A stretch of DNA of 64,000 nt, from positions 1,108-65,107 of the forward strand of contig JAILEG010000041.1 of NCBI GenBank assembly GCA_024688365.1, read 5' to 3'. Shown piece after piece: positions 40,060 through 49,888 of the stretch. Source of the DNA: Prevotella sp. Its GTDB lineage: Bacteria > Bacteroidota > Bacteroidia > Bacteroidales > Bacteroidaceae. The notes under the pieces were generated by a model, which did not search any database, had not been told where the DNA came from, and worked only from the letters and a program-made list of their open reading frames with translations. Both the position numbers and the translations under genes were made by a program. Position 1 is the first letter of the stretch, and the number at the start of each line of letters is the position of its first letter.

Positions 40060-42177
40060 ATGTTCAATCTATCCCAATATTTCCCTATCACTGACCCGAC
40101 ACTGATTTTCTTTGTTGTCCTGCTGATGATACTTCTCTCGCCTATCATCATGGGGCGGCTGCGTATTCCGCATATCATCGGGATGGTGCTGGCTGGTGTC
40201 CTTGTGGGGCGGTACGGGCTGGACATCCTGGAGCGGGATGCCTCGTTTGAGCTTTTCGGACGTGTCGGCCTGTTCTACATCATGTTCCTGGCAGGACTGG
40301 AGATGGATATGGAAGGGCTGAAGAAGAACAGGAACCAAGTGGCAGTGTTCGGTCTGCTCACCTTCTCCGTCCCCTTTGCCATTACTTATTTCATGGGTGT
40401 GGGGCTGCTGGGCTATTCCGTCATGGCATCCTTGCTGCTGGCTGCCATCATGGCCTCCAACACGCTGATAGCCTATCCCATCGTTGGCCGTTACGGACTG
40501 ACGAGGCATCCCAGCTCTACGCTGAGTGTGGGGTCGTCAATGATGGCTCTTTTCCTTGCCCTGATAGTCATGGCATCAATCGTCAATTCCTGCCAGGGGG
40601 GCGGCGGCGGACTGTTCTGGCTCTTGTTCATGGGCAAGTTCGTGGCTTACTGCGCCGGGCTCATCTTGATTATCCCCCGTGTGACACGGTGGTTTCTGCA
40701 TCGTTACTCCGACTCGGTCATGCAGTTCATCTTTGTCCTGGCGGTCATGTTTCTCTCGGCAGCCCTTTCCGGTGCGATTGGGCTGGAGGGCATCTTCGGA
40801 GCCTTCATGTCAGGACTGATTCTGAACCGGTTTATTCCCAGGGTATCACCCTTGATGAACCGCATAGAGTTTACGGGTAATGCCCTTTTCATCCCTTATT
40901 TCCTCATCGGTGTGGGCATGCTGATCAATGTACGGCTGCTGTTCCAGGGCACCCACATCCTTTGGGTGGTGTTCTGCTTCGTGGTGTTCGGCACCTTGGG
41001 CAAGGCTGTGGCAGCTTATGTCTCAGCGTTTATCTTCCGCCTGTCACGCCTCTCAGGGCACATGATGTTCGGACTGACCAGTGCCCATGCCGCGGGAGCC
41101 ATCGCAATGGTGATGGTGGGCAGGAAACTGATGGTGGCACCGGGCATGCCGCTCTTTGGCGATGATGTGCTGAATGGCATTGTCATCATGATTCTGTTCA
41201 CCTGTGTCATCTCGTCAGTCATTACTGAGCGGGCCGCACAGCGTGTCAGACTGACGGAGAAGGAGGAACCGGAGATGGCGAGGACCATCAATGACGAGAA
41301 GATGCTGATACCTGTCAAGTATCCTGAGTATGCTGACAGCCTTGTGACGATGGCCACACTGATGCGCAATCCACGGCTCAACCGGGAACTGGTGGCACTG
41401 AATGTGGTATATGATGATGTCAACATGCGGCACAACCAGGCTGAGGGCCAGCGTCTGCTAGACCATCTACATCAGATAGCCAGTTCCTCGGATGTGCCTA
41501 TGACGACACAGGTGCGCATAGCCGCCAACATCGCCAACGGCATCAAGCATGCCTTCAAGGAGTTCCAGGCATCTGAGATTCTGATGGGCCTGCACTTCCA
41601 CAAGGAAATCAGCCGTGGTTTCTGGGGCGAGTTCACGCAGAGCCTGTACAATGGACTGAGCCGGCAGATCATCATCGCCCGTATCATGCAGCCGCTGAAC
41701 ACTATCCGCCGCATACAGGTGGCCGTGCCCTCACGGGCAGAGTTTGAGCCTGGTTTCTACAGATGGCTGGAACGGCTCTCACGCATGGCAGGCAACCTGG
41801 AATGCCGTATCATCTTTCATGGGAGACAGGACACGTTGCAGCTGGTCAATGAGTACGTCCGCAACCGTCATGCAAGTGTTCGGGCAGAGTATGTTGAGAT
41901 GGAGCATTGGAACGAGCTGCCAGAGCTTGCCATGAAGGTGCGTGAGGATCATCTCTTCGTCATTGTCACAGCCCGTAAGGGGACTATCTCTTACAAGAAT
42001 GCTATGGAGAGGCTGCCTGAGGAGATAAACCGTCATTTCAAGGGCAAGACACTCATGATCATCTTCCCTGACCAGTATGGCAACCGCATGGATGACATGA
42101 CCTTTGCACAGCCGCAGCATACGGAGGAGCGCAGTGCCTACGAGGCTGTCAGGGAGTGGATTCAGAAGAAGGTGTAG
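40060..42177 (+). CDS. Cation:proton antiporter (CPA2) with C-terminal USP-like domains
   Basis: About 12-13 hydrophobic segments, MFLAGLEMD, GLEGIFGAF; soluble C-terminus. Confidence 0.88.
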   Translation: MFNLSQYFPITDPTLIFFVVLLMILLSPIIMGRLRIPHIIGMVLAGVLVGRYGLDILERDASFELFGRVGLFYIMFLAGLEMDMEGLKKNRNQVAVFGLLTFSVPFAITYFMGVGLLGYSVMASLLLAAIMASNTLIAYPIVGRYGLTRHPSSTLSVGSSMMALFLALIVMASIVNSCQGGGGGLFWLLFMGKFVAYCAGLILIIPRVTRWFLHRYSDSVMQFIFVLAVMFLSAALSGAIGLEGIFGAFMSGLILNRFIPRVSPLMNRIEFTGNALFIPYFLIGVGMLINVRLLFQGTHILWVVFCFVVFGTLGKAVAAYVSAFIFRLSRLSGHMMFGLTSAHAAGAIAMVMVGRKLMVAPGMPLFGDDVLNGIVIMILFTCVISSVITERAAQRVRLTEKEEPEMARTINDEKMLIPVKYPEYADSLVTMATLMRNPRLNRELVALNVVYDDVNMRHNQAEGQRLLDHLHQIASSSDVPMTTQVRIAANIANGIKHAFKEFQASEILMGLHFHKEISRGFWGEFTQSLYNGLSRQIIIARIMQPLNTIRRIQVAVPSRAEFEPGFYRWLERLSRMAGNLECRIIFHGRQDTLQLVNEYVRNRHASVRAEYVEMEHWNELPELAMKVREDHLFVIVTARKGTISYKNAMERLPEEINRHFKGKTLMIIFPDQYGNRMDDMTFAQPQHTEERSAYEAVREWIQKKV

Positions 42178-42279
42178 GGCAGTGCCGTGTGCATGTTCCT
42201 GTCTTTCCGGCTGTTCCTACAGCTTGTGGGGGATGGCTGATGGACAGCAAATAGGATTCTCAAAAAAAAAAGAAAGATT

Positions 42280-42951
42280 ATGATAGAAATAAAGAATATC
42301 ACCAAGAGCTTCGGCTCGCTACAGGTGCTGAAAGGCATCGACCTGGAGATTGAGAAGGGAGAGGTGGTCAGTATTGTAGGTCCGTCAGGTGCCGGCAAGA
42401 CAACGTTGCTCCAGATACTTGGAACATTGGACCGTCCTGACAGTGGCACCGTCATTGTTGACGGCACGGATGTGGGCAGTCTCTCAGCCGGCAAGCTGAG
42501 CGACTTCCGTAATCAGCATCTGGGCTTTGTGTTCCAGTTCCACCAGCTTCTGCCAGAGTTCACTGCCATTGAGAATGTCATGATTCCGGCTTATATCGCA
42601 GGCAGGAAACCGAAGGAGGCGAGGGAACGTGCGGAGGAGCTGTTGCTGTTCATGGGACTGAGCGCCCGAGCCAGCCATAAGCCGAATGAGCTTTCCGGTG
42701 GCGAGAAGCAGCGTGTGGCCGTGGCACGTGCCCTGGTCAATAATCCCACGGTCATCCTTGCTGACGAGCCGTCAGGAAGTCTGGATTCCAAGAACAAGCA
42801 AGAGCTTCACCAGCTCTTCTTCGATCTCCGTGACAAGTTCGGGCAGACTTTTGTCATTGTTACCCATGATGAGGGGCTTGCACGGCTGACAGACAGGACA
42901 ATTCATCTGAAGGATGGATTGATACAGAATGGGGAGGTTAAGGCGGAATGA
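42280..42951 (+). CDS. LolD-like ABC transporter ATP-binding protein
   Basis: [45 protein letters not shown]. Confidence 0.9.
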   Translation: MIEIKNITKSFGSLQVLKGIDLEIEKGEVVSIVGPSGAGKTTLLQILGTLDRPDSGTVIVDGTDVGSLSAGKLSDFRNQHLGFVFQFHQLLPEFTAIENVMIPAYIAGRKPKEARERAEELLLFMGLSARASHKPNELSGGEKQRVAVARALVNNPTVILADEPSGSLDSKNKQELHQLFFDLRDKFGQTFVIVTHDEGLARLTDRTIHLKDGLIQNGEVKAE

Positions 42952-43039
42952 CCAGTGGGTGTAATGGAGCAGAGGGGTTAATCTCATCTGATCATACCAC
43001 TTTTGTCATCCTGTTTTCATAATATGAAATATAATCATT

Positions 43040-43906
43040 ATGTCAAGAATAAAGCTCGGAGCGTACAACACGCTCACAGTACAGGAGGTTGCCTTGCGTG
43101 AGGGCAATGGCGAACGGTTTGGTCTCTACCTTGATGGTGGGGCCGCTGGTGAGATTCTCATGCCTGATAAGTATGTTCCGGAAGGGACGGAGATTGGCGA
43201 TGAGGTGAGCGTCTTCGTCTATCTTGACCAGGACGAACGGCCGATAGCCACCACGGAGGAGCCGTTGGCACAGGTGGGCGACTTCGCTTACTTGGAGTGT
43301 TCATGGGTCAATGAGTACGGTGCCTTCCTCTCATGGGGGGTAACGAAAGACCTCTTCTGCCCGTTCCGTGAGCAGAAGAAGCGAATGGAGATAGGCAGTT
43401 CCTACATCGTGCATGTGCATCTTGACGAGGATACTTACCGTCTGGTCGCATCAGCCAAAGTGGAACACTATCTTGATGAGCAGCCGCAGGGCTATCAGCA
43501 CGGACAAGAGGTGGACTTGCTTGTCTGGCAAAAGACTGACCTTGGTTTCAAGGTGATTGTTGACAATCAGTATGCTGGGCTCATTTATGAGAATCAGGTG
43601 TTCCAGTATGTCCATACTGGCGACCGTCTGAAGGGCTATATCTCCACTGTGCGTCCTGACGGGAAGATCGACTGCATGCTCCAGCCTGCCGGACAGCGTC
43701 ATGCTGCGGACTTCGCGGAGGTGCTGCTCCAATATCTGAAGGACAACAATGGGGTCTGTGATCTTGGTGACAAGAGTGAGGCAGAGGACATCAAACATCG
43801 GTTCCAGGTGTCAAAGAAGGTGTATAAGCGTGCTGTCGGTGACCTCTACAAGCGGCATCTTATTACCGTAGAGCCCCTGGCAATAAGATTGGTCTCTCCC
43901 TACTGA
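43040..43906 (+). CDS. cvfB: S1-domain RNA-binding protein CvfB/YitL family
   Basis: FGLYLD, VFVYLDQDER, GAFLSWG, SKKVYKRAVGDLYK winged-helix end. Confidence 0.85.
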   Translation: MSRIKLGAYNTLTVQEVALREGNGERFGLYLDGGAAGEILMPDKYVPEGTEIGDEVSVFVYLDQDERPIATTEEPLAQVGDFAYLECSWVNEYGAFLSWGVTKDLFCPFREQKKRMEIGSSYIVHVHLDEDTYRLVASAKVEHYLDEQPQGYQHGQEVDLLVWQKTDLGFKVIVDNQYAGLIYENQVFQYVHTGDRLKGYISTVRPDGKIDCMLQPAGQRHAADFAEVLLQYLKDNNGVCDLGDKSEAEDIKHRFQVSKKVYKRAVGDLYKRHLITVEPLAIRLVSPY

Positions 43907-44053
43907 TTCGGAAAAGGAGGCAACTGGGACTTCTGCCGCTTTTCGTTGACAGGCAGTCGCACGGCTGCCATCCTTGTTAGTAGTCTCTTAACCATTGTAA
44001 TCTATTATTACCTATCACCGTCTATCATCACCTAAAATTATAAAGTAAATCTT

Positions 44054-45400
44054 ATGAAAAAGTATCTGTTATCCTTTCTTGCTGCGGCGACATTGCTTGC
44101 TTCCTGCACCAGTGAGAAACCCGCTGTCGGCGACTTCAAGCTCGCAGAGCCGGAGGACATCGTTATGTATCAGGTGAACCCACGTGTGTTTGCCCCTTCA
44201 AAATCGCTCAATGCCGTGGCTGCACGGGTTGACTCTATCCGTGCTTTGGGTGTGAACGTGATGTGGGTGATGCCCATCTATCCCATCGGACAGGAGCGTT
44301 CAAAGAACTCACCTTATTCCATTAAGGATTACAAGGCTATTGCGCCAGAGTTCGGAACCATCGATGACATGAAGAATCTTGTCAAGGTGTGCCACGAGAA
44401 GGGCATGGGAGTAATTCTTGACTGGGTGGCCAACCACACGGCATGGGACAATGCCTGGGTGAAAGAGCATCCGGAGTGGTACACGCACGATCCTGTCGCT
44501 GACACTATCATTTCTCCCCGTGGTCCGGGATGGGACTGGACGGATGTGGCTGATCTCAACTATAAGAACAAGGACATGCGGGCTGCCATGACCGATGCCA
44601 TGAAGTTCTGGATTAAGGATGTCGGCTTGGATGGTCTGCGTTGTGACGTTGCCGACAGTGTTCCTGCCGATTTCTGGCGTGATGCCATTCAGACGCTGCG
44701 TAAGTCGGCTGGTGACCGGAAGATTGTCATGCTTGCCGAGGGCAAGGACTCTACCAACTTCACTGTAGGAGGTTTCGACCTCAACTATGGCTGGGACTAT
44801 AAGGACTCGCTCATCAGCGTGTTTGTGAAAGGCCGCAGTGCGGAGAATCTGGCCAAGGCTGATGCCTCGGAGTATAAGGTGCTGCCCGAGGGAAAGGTCA
44901 AGATGCGTTTCACCACGAACCACGACCAAAGCACTTTCGCCACACCATGCAAGGAATTCACCAATGACCGTGGTGCTATGGCAGCCTACGTCAGCACCAT
45001 CTATCCTCATGGAGGGGCCTTGGTCTATGGCTCACAGGAGGTGGGATATGAGAAACCTATCAATTTCTTCAAATACGTGGCGGTCAATTGGATGCAGAAA
45101 CCTGACATCTATAAGGAACATCAGCACTTAATCAGCATCTATAATGACCATCGGGCCTTGCGTATTGGCGGTATGAAGTCGTATGCTGTGAAGGATGTCT
45201 TTGCCTTTGAGAAGCAGGATGGGGATGAGCGTATCCTTGTTGTGGTCAATGTGCGCAACCACTCCGTCCGTTTCAGCCTGCCGGCAGACTGGATGGGAAA
45301 GCAGCTGACCGACCTCTATAAAGAGGAAGTCCTGGCTGTCAAGGCTGATATTGGCTTGAAGCCCTATGAGTACCGTATCTTCAAGATGGCTGGAAAATAG
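44054..45400 (+). CDS. GH13 alpha-amylase family lipoprotein
   Basis: Lipobox LLASC; DWVANH, GLRCDVA, LAEG, TNHD conserved regions. Confidence 0.9.
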   Translation: MKKYLLSFLAAATLLASCTSEKPAVGDFKLAEPEDIVMYQVNPRVFAPSKSLNAVAARVDSIRALGVNVMWVMPIYPIGQERSKNSPYSIKDYKAIAPEFGTIDDMKNLVKVCHEKGMGVILDWVANHTAWDNAWVKEHPEWYTHDPVADTIISPRGPGWDWTDVADLNYKNKDMRAAMTDAMKFWIKDVGLDGLRCDVADSVPADFWRDAIQTLRKSAGDRKIVMLAEGKDSTNFTVGGFDLNYGWDYKDSLISVFVKGRSAENLAKADASEYKVLPEGKVKMRFTTNHDQSTFATPCKEFTNDRGAMAAYVSTIYPHGGALVYGSQEVGYEKPINFFKYVAVNWMQKPDIYKEHQHLISIYNDHRALRIGGMKSYAVKDVFAFEKQDGDERILVVVNVRNHSVRFSLPADWMGKQLTDLYKEEVLAVKADIGLKPYEYRIFKMAGK

Positions 45401-45691
45401 GCATATCGTTTCCTGATTTCACATTGGATTTTATGCCATGTTAATGAGGGGCAGCAGGGGTAGATGGTTACATCTGCCCCTGTTTATATTCTGAAATACT
45501 GTAGACACCTTATTTCTTTCCTCCTTCCCCTCTCGTTTTCTCTCTTTCTGTAGAGTTTAGACATTCAAGATCGGGGTACAATTTCTTCAGGTTGTAGAGT
45601 TTAGGGATGCGGCCAAAGCCATCTGCCTTTTTTGCTTGTAAGTCAGTTTTTTGTCGTAACTTTGCATGCCAAAAAGAAACAGACAAACACA

Positions 45692-46582
45692 ATGCAGAAT
45701 CAATTTTCAAGAACTCAGCTGTTGCTTGGCAAGCCGGCTATCGACACGCTGAACGGCAGCAGGGTGGCTGTTTTCGGTGTGGGGGGAGTAGGAGGATATG
45801 TTGTTGAGGTGCTTGCACGCAGTGGGGTGGGAGCGATAGATGTCGTTGATGACGACCGTGTCTGCCTGACCAATCTCAACCGGCAGCTCCTTGCCACGAT
45901 CTCAACGGTGGGGAAGCATAAGGTGGATGTGGCTGAGGCCCGCATTCATGACATCAATCCGCGGTGTATCGTGCGCAAACATCCCACCTTTTATCTCCCT
46001 GATAATGCGGGTCTGTTCGATTTCTCCCATTATGATTATGTGGTCGACTGCATTGACACGGTAACAGCCAAGCTCGACCTCATCCGCCGTTGCCATGACA
46101 TGGGCATCCCTTTGCTCTCCTGCATGGGTGCGGCCTATAAGCTCGATGCCACACAATTCCGTGTGACAGACATCTTCAAGACTATAAACGATCCGTTGGC
46201 AAAGGTCATCCGCAAGAAGCTGCGGAAGACGGATATAAAGCATCTCAAGGTTGTCTACAGCCCCGAGGAGCCATTGGAGAGCATCGAGCAGCCTGAGATT
46301 TCATGCCGTTTCCACTGCATCTGCCCAAATAAGGATATGCGCAAGTGTACTGACCGTCACACCATCCCCAGCTCCAATGCCTGGGTTCCTGCAGCTGCTG
46401 GGCTTATTGCTGGTGGTGAAGTGGTGAAGGACCTCATCATGAAAGCCCAAACCATGCGCATCCGTCCTGAGGACGAGGCTGCCAGTGAGCCGGCCCGTAT
46501 AGCTCATGAGCGGGCACAGAAGATGCTTGGTGAGTATAAGCGTCTGAAAGCTCTTAAGCATGAGCAGGAACATCCCATGTGA
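45692..46582 (+). CDS. tcdA: tRNA threonylcarbamoyladenosine dehydratase (ThiF family); start moved to ATG 45692
   Basis: FSRTQLLLG, GVGGVG, TNLNRQ, DCID, DPLAKVIRKKLR, VVYSPE. Confidence 0.88.
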   Translation: MQNQFSRTQLLLGKPAIDTLNGSRVAVFGVGGVGGYVVEVLARSGVGAIDVVDDDRVCLTNLNRQLLATISTVGKHKVDVAEARIHDINPRCIVRKHPTFYLPDNAGLFDFSHYDYVVDCIDTVTAKLDLIRRCHDMGIPLLSCMGAAYKLDATQFRVTDIFKTINDPLAKVIRKKLRKTDIKHLKVVYSPEEPLESIEQPEISCRFHCICPNKDMRKCTDRHTIPSSNAWVPAAAGLIAGGEVVKDLIMKAQTMRIRPEDEAASEPARIAHERAQKMLGEYKRLKALKHEQEHPM

Positions 46583-46604
46583 TGATGTGTCATGCTGTGA
46601 TATG

Positions 46605-46641
46605 AAAAAAGGCGGCTGCCCACCACGGGACAGCCGCCTTT
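46605..46641. terminator. Bidirectional terminator between tcdA and asnS
   Basis: AAAAAAGGCGGCTG...CAGCCGCCTTT inverted repeat. Confidence 0.7.
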
Positions 46642-46666
46642 ACTTATACGACTTTGTATCTGATCC

Positions 46667-48058
46667 TTAGAACTCTGCGTTCTTCGGTGTACGTGCGAAT
46701 GGGATGACATCACGGATATTCTGCATACCGGTGACGAAGAGGATGAGTCGCTCGAAGCCGAGACCGAAGCCACCGTGTGGGCAGGTTCCGTACTTGCGGG
46801 TGTCAAGATACCAGTCATATACCTCACGCTTCATGCCGCGGCCATCAATCTCAGCCAGCAGCTTCTCGTAGCTTTCCTCACGGACAGAGCCGCCGATGAT
46901 CTCACCGATGCGCGGAAAGAGGACATCAGTGCCCTGCATGGTCTTGCCGTCAGGGTTCTTCTTCATGTAGAACGACTTTATCTCGCTTGGATAGTCGGTC
47001 ATGATGACGGGACGTTTGAAATGCTCCTCAACGAGATAACGCTCATGCTCGCTGCTCAGGTCCATGCCCCAGCCCGTGATGGGGAACTCGAACTTCACAC
47101 CATCGGCAACCGCCTTCTGCAGAATCTCGATGCCCTCGGTATAGGTAAGGCGCACGAAGTCTTCCTTCAGCACACCCTCCAGACGGGCAATCAGCTCCTT
47201 GTCAATCATCTTGTTGAGGAACTCAAGGTCGTCCTTGCAGTTCTCAAGTGCCCAGCGGACACAATACTTGATGAAGTCCTCCTCCAGGTCCATCAGCTCA
47301 TCCTTGTCGATGAAGGCCACTTCAGGCTCAACCATCCAGAACTCAGCCAGGTGGCGTGGGGTATTGGAGTTCTCTGCACGGAATGTAGGTCCGAACGTGT
47401 AGATGGCCCCCAATGCTGTTGCTCCCAACTCGCCTTCCAGCTGGCCTGATACGGTCAGATTGGTGCGCTTGCCGAAGAAGTCGGCATTGTAGTCTACCTC
47501 GCCTGCCTTGGCTATGCGGTCAAGGTCGAGCGTAGTCACCTGGAACATGTTTCCTGCCCCCTCAGCGTCACTACCCGTGATGAGTGGTGTGTGGAAATAA
47601 TAGAAGCCATGCTCATGGAAGTACTTGTGAATGGCGATTGCCATGTTGTGGCGGATGCGGAAGACAGCCCCGAAGGTGTTGGTGCGAAGACGCATGTGAC
47701 CGTACTTGCGCATGTACTCGAAGCTCTGTCCCTTCTTCTGCATTGGGTAATCGCTTGGGCAGAGACCGTAAATCTCAATCTCCTTGCACTGAATCTCCGA
47801 TGTCTGACCTGCTCCTTGGCTCTCAACGAGCGTGCCGATGACGCTGATGCAGGCACCTGTCGTGATGCTCTTCAGCTCCTCGGCATCCACCGTTGAAGGG
47901 TCAACGACCACCTGGATGTTCTTGATGGTGGAGCCATCGTTCAGTGCTATGAAGTCAACAGCCTTGCTGCTGCGGTGGGAACGGACCCACCCCTTGACAT
48001 TAATATCTTTTTCAAAGTCGGTGCTACAGAGTGCATCGACGACTTTTGTTCTTTTCAT
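46667..48058 (-). CDS. asnS: Asparagine--tRNA ligase (start moved to ATG 48058)
   Basis: [39 protein letters not shown]. Confidence 0.97.
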   Translation of the reverse strand: MKRTKVVDALCSTDFEKDINVKGWVRSHRSSKAVDFIALNDGSTIKNIQVVVDPSTVDAEELKSITTGACISVIGTLVESQGAGQTSEIQCKEIEIYGLCPSDYPMQKKGQSFEYMRKYGHMRLRTNTFGAVFRIRHNMAIAIHKYFHEHGFYYFHTPLITGSDAEGAGNMFQVTTLDLDRIAKAGEVDYNADFFGKRTNLTVSGQLEGELGATALGAIYTFGPTFRAENSNTPRHLAEFWMVEPEVAFIDKDELMDLEEDFIKYCVRWALENCKDDLEFLNKMIDKELIARLEGVLKEDFVRLTYTEGIEILQKAVADGVKFEFPITGWGMDLSSEHERYLVEEHFKRPVIMTDYPSEIKSFYMKKNPDGKTMQGTDVLFPRIGEIIGGSVREESYEKLLAEIDGRGMKREVYDWYLDTRKYGTCPHGGFGLGFERLILFVTGMQNIRDVIPFARTPKNAEF

Positions 48059-48205
48059 GTTTATGTAATTATTAACATTCCCAAGCCTCTCTGAAGGAGG
48101 TGGTGGGAGGACATCATGCCGCATGGTGTGCTGGCGACTGTGACCAGCTGGCTGCGCCCCACGCATCCATATCTTCGGAGAGCCTTGGGAAGTCTCCTTC
48201 CTGTT

Positions 48206-49780
48206 TTACTCGAATGCTCCCATGCGCAGCATGTCAACTTCCTTCTCAGTAAGGAAGCGCCAGTCGCCACGGCGTACGTTCTTCTTTGTCAGACCGGCGA
48301 ACTGCACGCGGTCGAGCTTCACGACACGATAGCCGAGGCTCTCAAAGATGCGTCGTACGATGCGGTTCTTGCCGCTGTGGATCTCAATGCCTACCTGGCT
48401 CTGGTCCTGGTCATCGGCATACTCGATGGCATCAGCTTTCACCTCGCCGTCCTCCAGATTGATGCCGTCAGAAATCTTCTGCAGGTCGTTGGCTGTGACA
48501 GGCTTGTCAAGGAACACGTGGTATACCTTCTTCTTCAGGAACTTAGGATGCGTCAGCTTGGAGGCGAGGTCGCCATCATTGGTCAGCAGCAGCACACCTG
48601 TGGTGTTGCGGTCCAGACGGCCGACAGGATAGATGCGCTCAGGGCAGGCTCCCTTGACGAGATCCATGACCGTCTTGCGCTGCTGTGGGTCGTCACTTGT
48701 GGTGACATAATCCTTTGGCTTGTTCAGCAGAACGTAGACTTTCTTCTCCAGTGATACGGGGTTCTCATGGAAGAGGACCGTGTCTGTGCGCATCACCTTG
48801 CTTCCCAGTTCCTTCACAACCTCACCGTTCACGGTCACTGCACCCGAGAGGATGAACTCGTCAGCCTCACGGCGTGAGCAGACACCGGCATTGGCAAGGT
48901 ACTTGTTGAGGCGGATTGGCTCATTCGGGTCGATGTTCTCCTCCTTGTACTCAATGCGCTTCTTGAGTGAATACTTTGCATTTGGGTCATAGTCGGCACT
49001 GTGCTGGCGATAGCCGCCCTGGCCATATCCTCCGCGGTTGTTGCCGTATCCTCCGCGGTTGTTGTTGTATCCTCCGCGGTTGTTGTTGTATCCACCACGG
49101 TTGTTATTGTACCCTCCGCGGTTGTTGTATCCACCACGGTTGTTGTTGTATCCTCCGCGGTTGTTATATCCTCCCTGGCGTGGCTGGTAGCCACCCTGTG
49201 AAGGCTGATATCCGCCCTGTGATGGCTGGAAGCTCTTGCCTGCCTCCTCGCCCTCAGTACCTGGGGCGGGGGTGTAGCGTGGACGATAGCCCTGTGGCTG
49301 GTATCCACCCTCCTCGTTGTTGTTGTAACGTGGCCGGTAGCCTCCCTGCTGCGGGCGGCTGTTGTATCCTCCACGGCTGTTATAGCCGCCCTGGCGTGGC
49401 TGATAGCCACCCTCTTCGCCGTTGTTATTGTTGTTGTAACGTGGTCGGTATCCTCCCTGTTGTGGGCGGTTGCTGTATCCTCCACGGTTGTTGTAGCCGC
49501 CGTAGCTGTTCTGGCGTGGTCGGTAGCCCCCTTGCTGCGGACGGCTTCCGCCGGCTTGCAGGCTTGTGCCGAATCCCTCAGGACGGAATCCGCCTTCCTC
49601 GTTGTTACCGTTGCTTCTGTCGCTGCTGTAAGCACGCTGTGTGTGGATGCGCGGACGCTGTGGACGCCCTGCGCCACGGTAATCCCGCTGATAGCCGCCT
49701 TGTCCGGCTGCTGAGTAGCCCTCACGGCTGCCCTCATTCTGCTCTGACTGAACTTCTTTGTTCTCGAATTCTTCTGCCAT
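48206..49780 (-). CDS. rluB: RsuA/RluB-family pseudouridine synthase with long low-complexity N-terminus
   Basis: RLNKYLANAGVCSRREAD S4 domain, VGRLDRNTTG catalytic motif, GKNRIVRR. Confidence 0.88.
   Translation of the reverse strand: MAEEFENKEVQSEQNEGSREGYSAAGQGGYQRDYRGAGRPQRPRIHTQRAYSSDRSNGNNEEGGFRPEGFGTSLQAGGSRPQQGGYRPRQNSYGGYNNRGGYSNRPQQGGYRPRYNNNNNGEEGGYQPRQGGYNSRGGYNSRPQQGGYRPRYNNNEEGGYQPQGYRPRYTPAPGTEGEEAGKSFQPSQGGYQPSQGGYQPRQGGYNNRGGYNNNRGGYNNRGGYNNNRGGYNNNRGGYNNNRGGYGNNRGGYGQGGYRQHSADYDPNAKYSLKKRIEYKEENIDPNEPIRLNKYLANAGVCSRREADEFILSGAVTVNGEVVKELGSKVMRTDTVLFHENPVSLEKKVYVLLNKPKDYVTTSDDPQQRKTVMDLVKGACPERIYPVGRLDRNTTGVLLLTNDGDLASKLTHPKFLKKKVYHVFLDKPVTANDLQKISDGINLEDGEVKADAIEYADDQDQSQVGIEIHSGKNRIVRRIFESLGYRVVKLDRVQFAGLTKKNVRRGDWRFLTEKEVDMLRMGAFE
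49016..49175 (-). repeat. Coding tandem repeats (18-21 bp) encoding RGGYNN(N)
   Basis: Plus strand repeats of TATCCTCCGCGGTTGTTGTTG. Confidence 0.9.
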
Positions 49781-49888
49781 AGTTTTTTTACTTAAATGTT
49801 GAAACTACTGACCTCACGGTCAATGATTGAATACTATATTTTTTTATTGTTGGTTTGTGAGCCGGGATTGTTTCAGGCTCTTTGGTGA

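Noticed and set aside
48835-49782. Long alternative-frame ORFs (Thr-rich 300 aa, Cys-rich 271 aa) over the rluB 5' half
   Set aside because: By-products of the stop-free tandem repeats encoding the GGY domain
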